Below, one piece after another: positions 36,714 through 36,990 of a DNA stretch of 36,990 nucleotides. The DNA comes from Bacteroidota bacterium. GTDB lineage: Bacteria > Bacteroidota > Bacteroidia > AKYH767-A > OLB10. The position numbers and the translations under genes are program-made. Numbering within the stretch: position 1 is the stretch's first letter; every line of letters begins with the position of its first letter. The notes under the pieces are model-generated. The model was not told the DNA's origin. It worked only from the letters and a program-made list of their open reading frames with translations, and did not search any database. The DNA lies in NCBI GenBank assembly GCA_040007375.1, contig JBDTVD010000003.1, positions 1-36,990 of the forward strand. Direction: 5' to 3'.

Positions 36714-36762
36714 TAAATCGTAAATCGTACTTCGTAAATCGTACTTCGTAAATCGTACCTCA
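36714..36762 (-). repeat. Heptamer tract TAAATCG/TACTTCG x7
   Basis: TAAATCG TAAATCG TACTTCG TAAATCG TACTTCG TAAATCG TACCTCA, 3 nt from the stop at 36766. Confidence 0.92.
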
Positions 36763-36765
36763 AAA

Positions 36766-36990
36766 CTATTTATTCAGTTCCATTTTCTTATTCACATGTT
36801 CGGCAGTGAGTTCAGCAAAACTTTTTCCGGTAACTTTACTTTCTGCCCAGGTGAGAAAATCAAAATTTTCGAATACCGGTTTTTCAAAAGGATCATCATT
36901 AAGTTTAACCAGTTCTTCGTATAGCTTTGTAAAACTGTGTTTCTTTTCTTTCTCTGTTGTTGCTTTGGAAATAATTTTTACAAAATCAAG
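36766..36990 (-). CDS. 3' part of a hypothetical helical protein (truncated by the window edge)
   Basis: Open frame LDFVKIISK...DDPFEKPVFENFDFLTWAESKVTGKSFAE...MELNK*. Confidence 0.75.
   Translation of the reverse strand, partial: LDFVKIISKATTEKEKKHSFTKLYEELVKLNDDPFEKPVFENFDFLTWAESKVTGKSFAELTAEHVNKKMELNK

Overview
An AT-rich chromosomal window from a Bacteroidota organism. The assignment rests on TAnnTTTG promoter elements, a T9SS-type C-terminal domain, DUF5686-type and GIN-type proteins, and the recQ / kdsD-tatC-CMD-lptB cluster. It holds about 33 mostly housekeeping and envelope genes. I see no rRNA, tRNA, CRISPR array, integrase or transposase. The most unusual signal is intergenic. First, two genes (lptB and the DUF5686-type outer-membrane gene) each have a displaced second copy of their own 3' end downstream. 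The lptB copies bracket a whole cargo ORF, and the DUF5686 copies bracket a short segment with inverted heptamer tracts. Second, about a dozen short tandem 6-10-bp repeat tracts (mostly 7-mers) of different sequence sit directly after stop codons or directly before start codons, with a mostly consistent strand polarity. Together these suggest an integrase-less, gene-3'-end-targeted insertion or cassette-exchange process and its relics. That interpretation is inference. All product calls come from motif recognition, not database searches.
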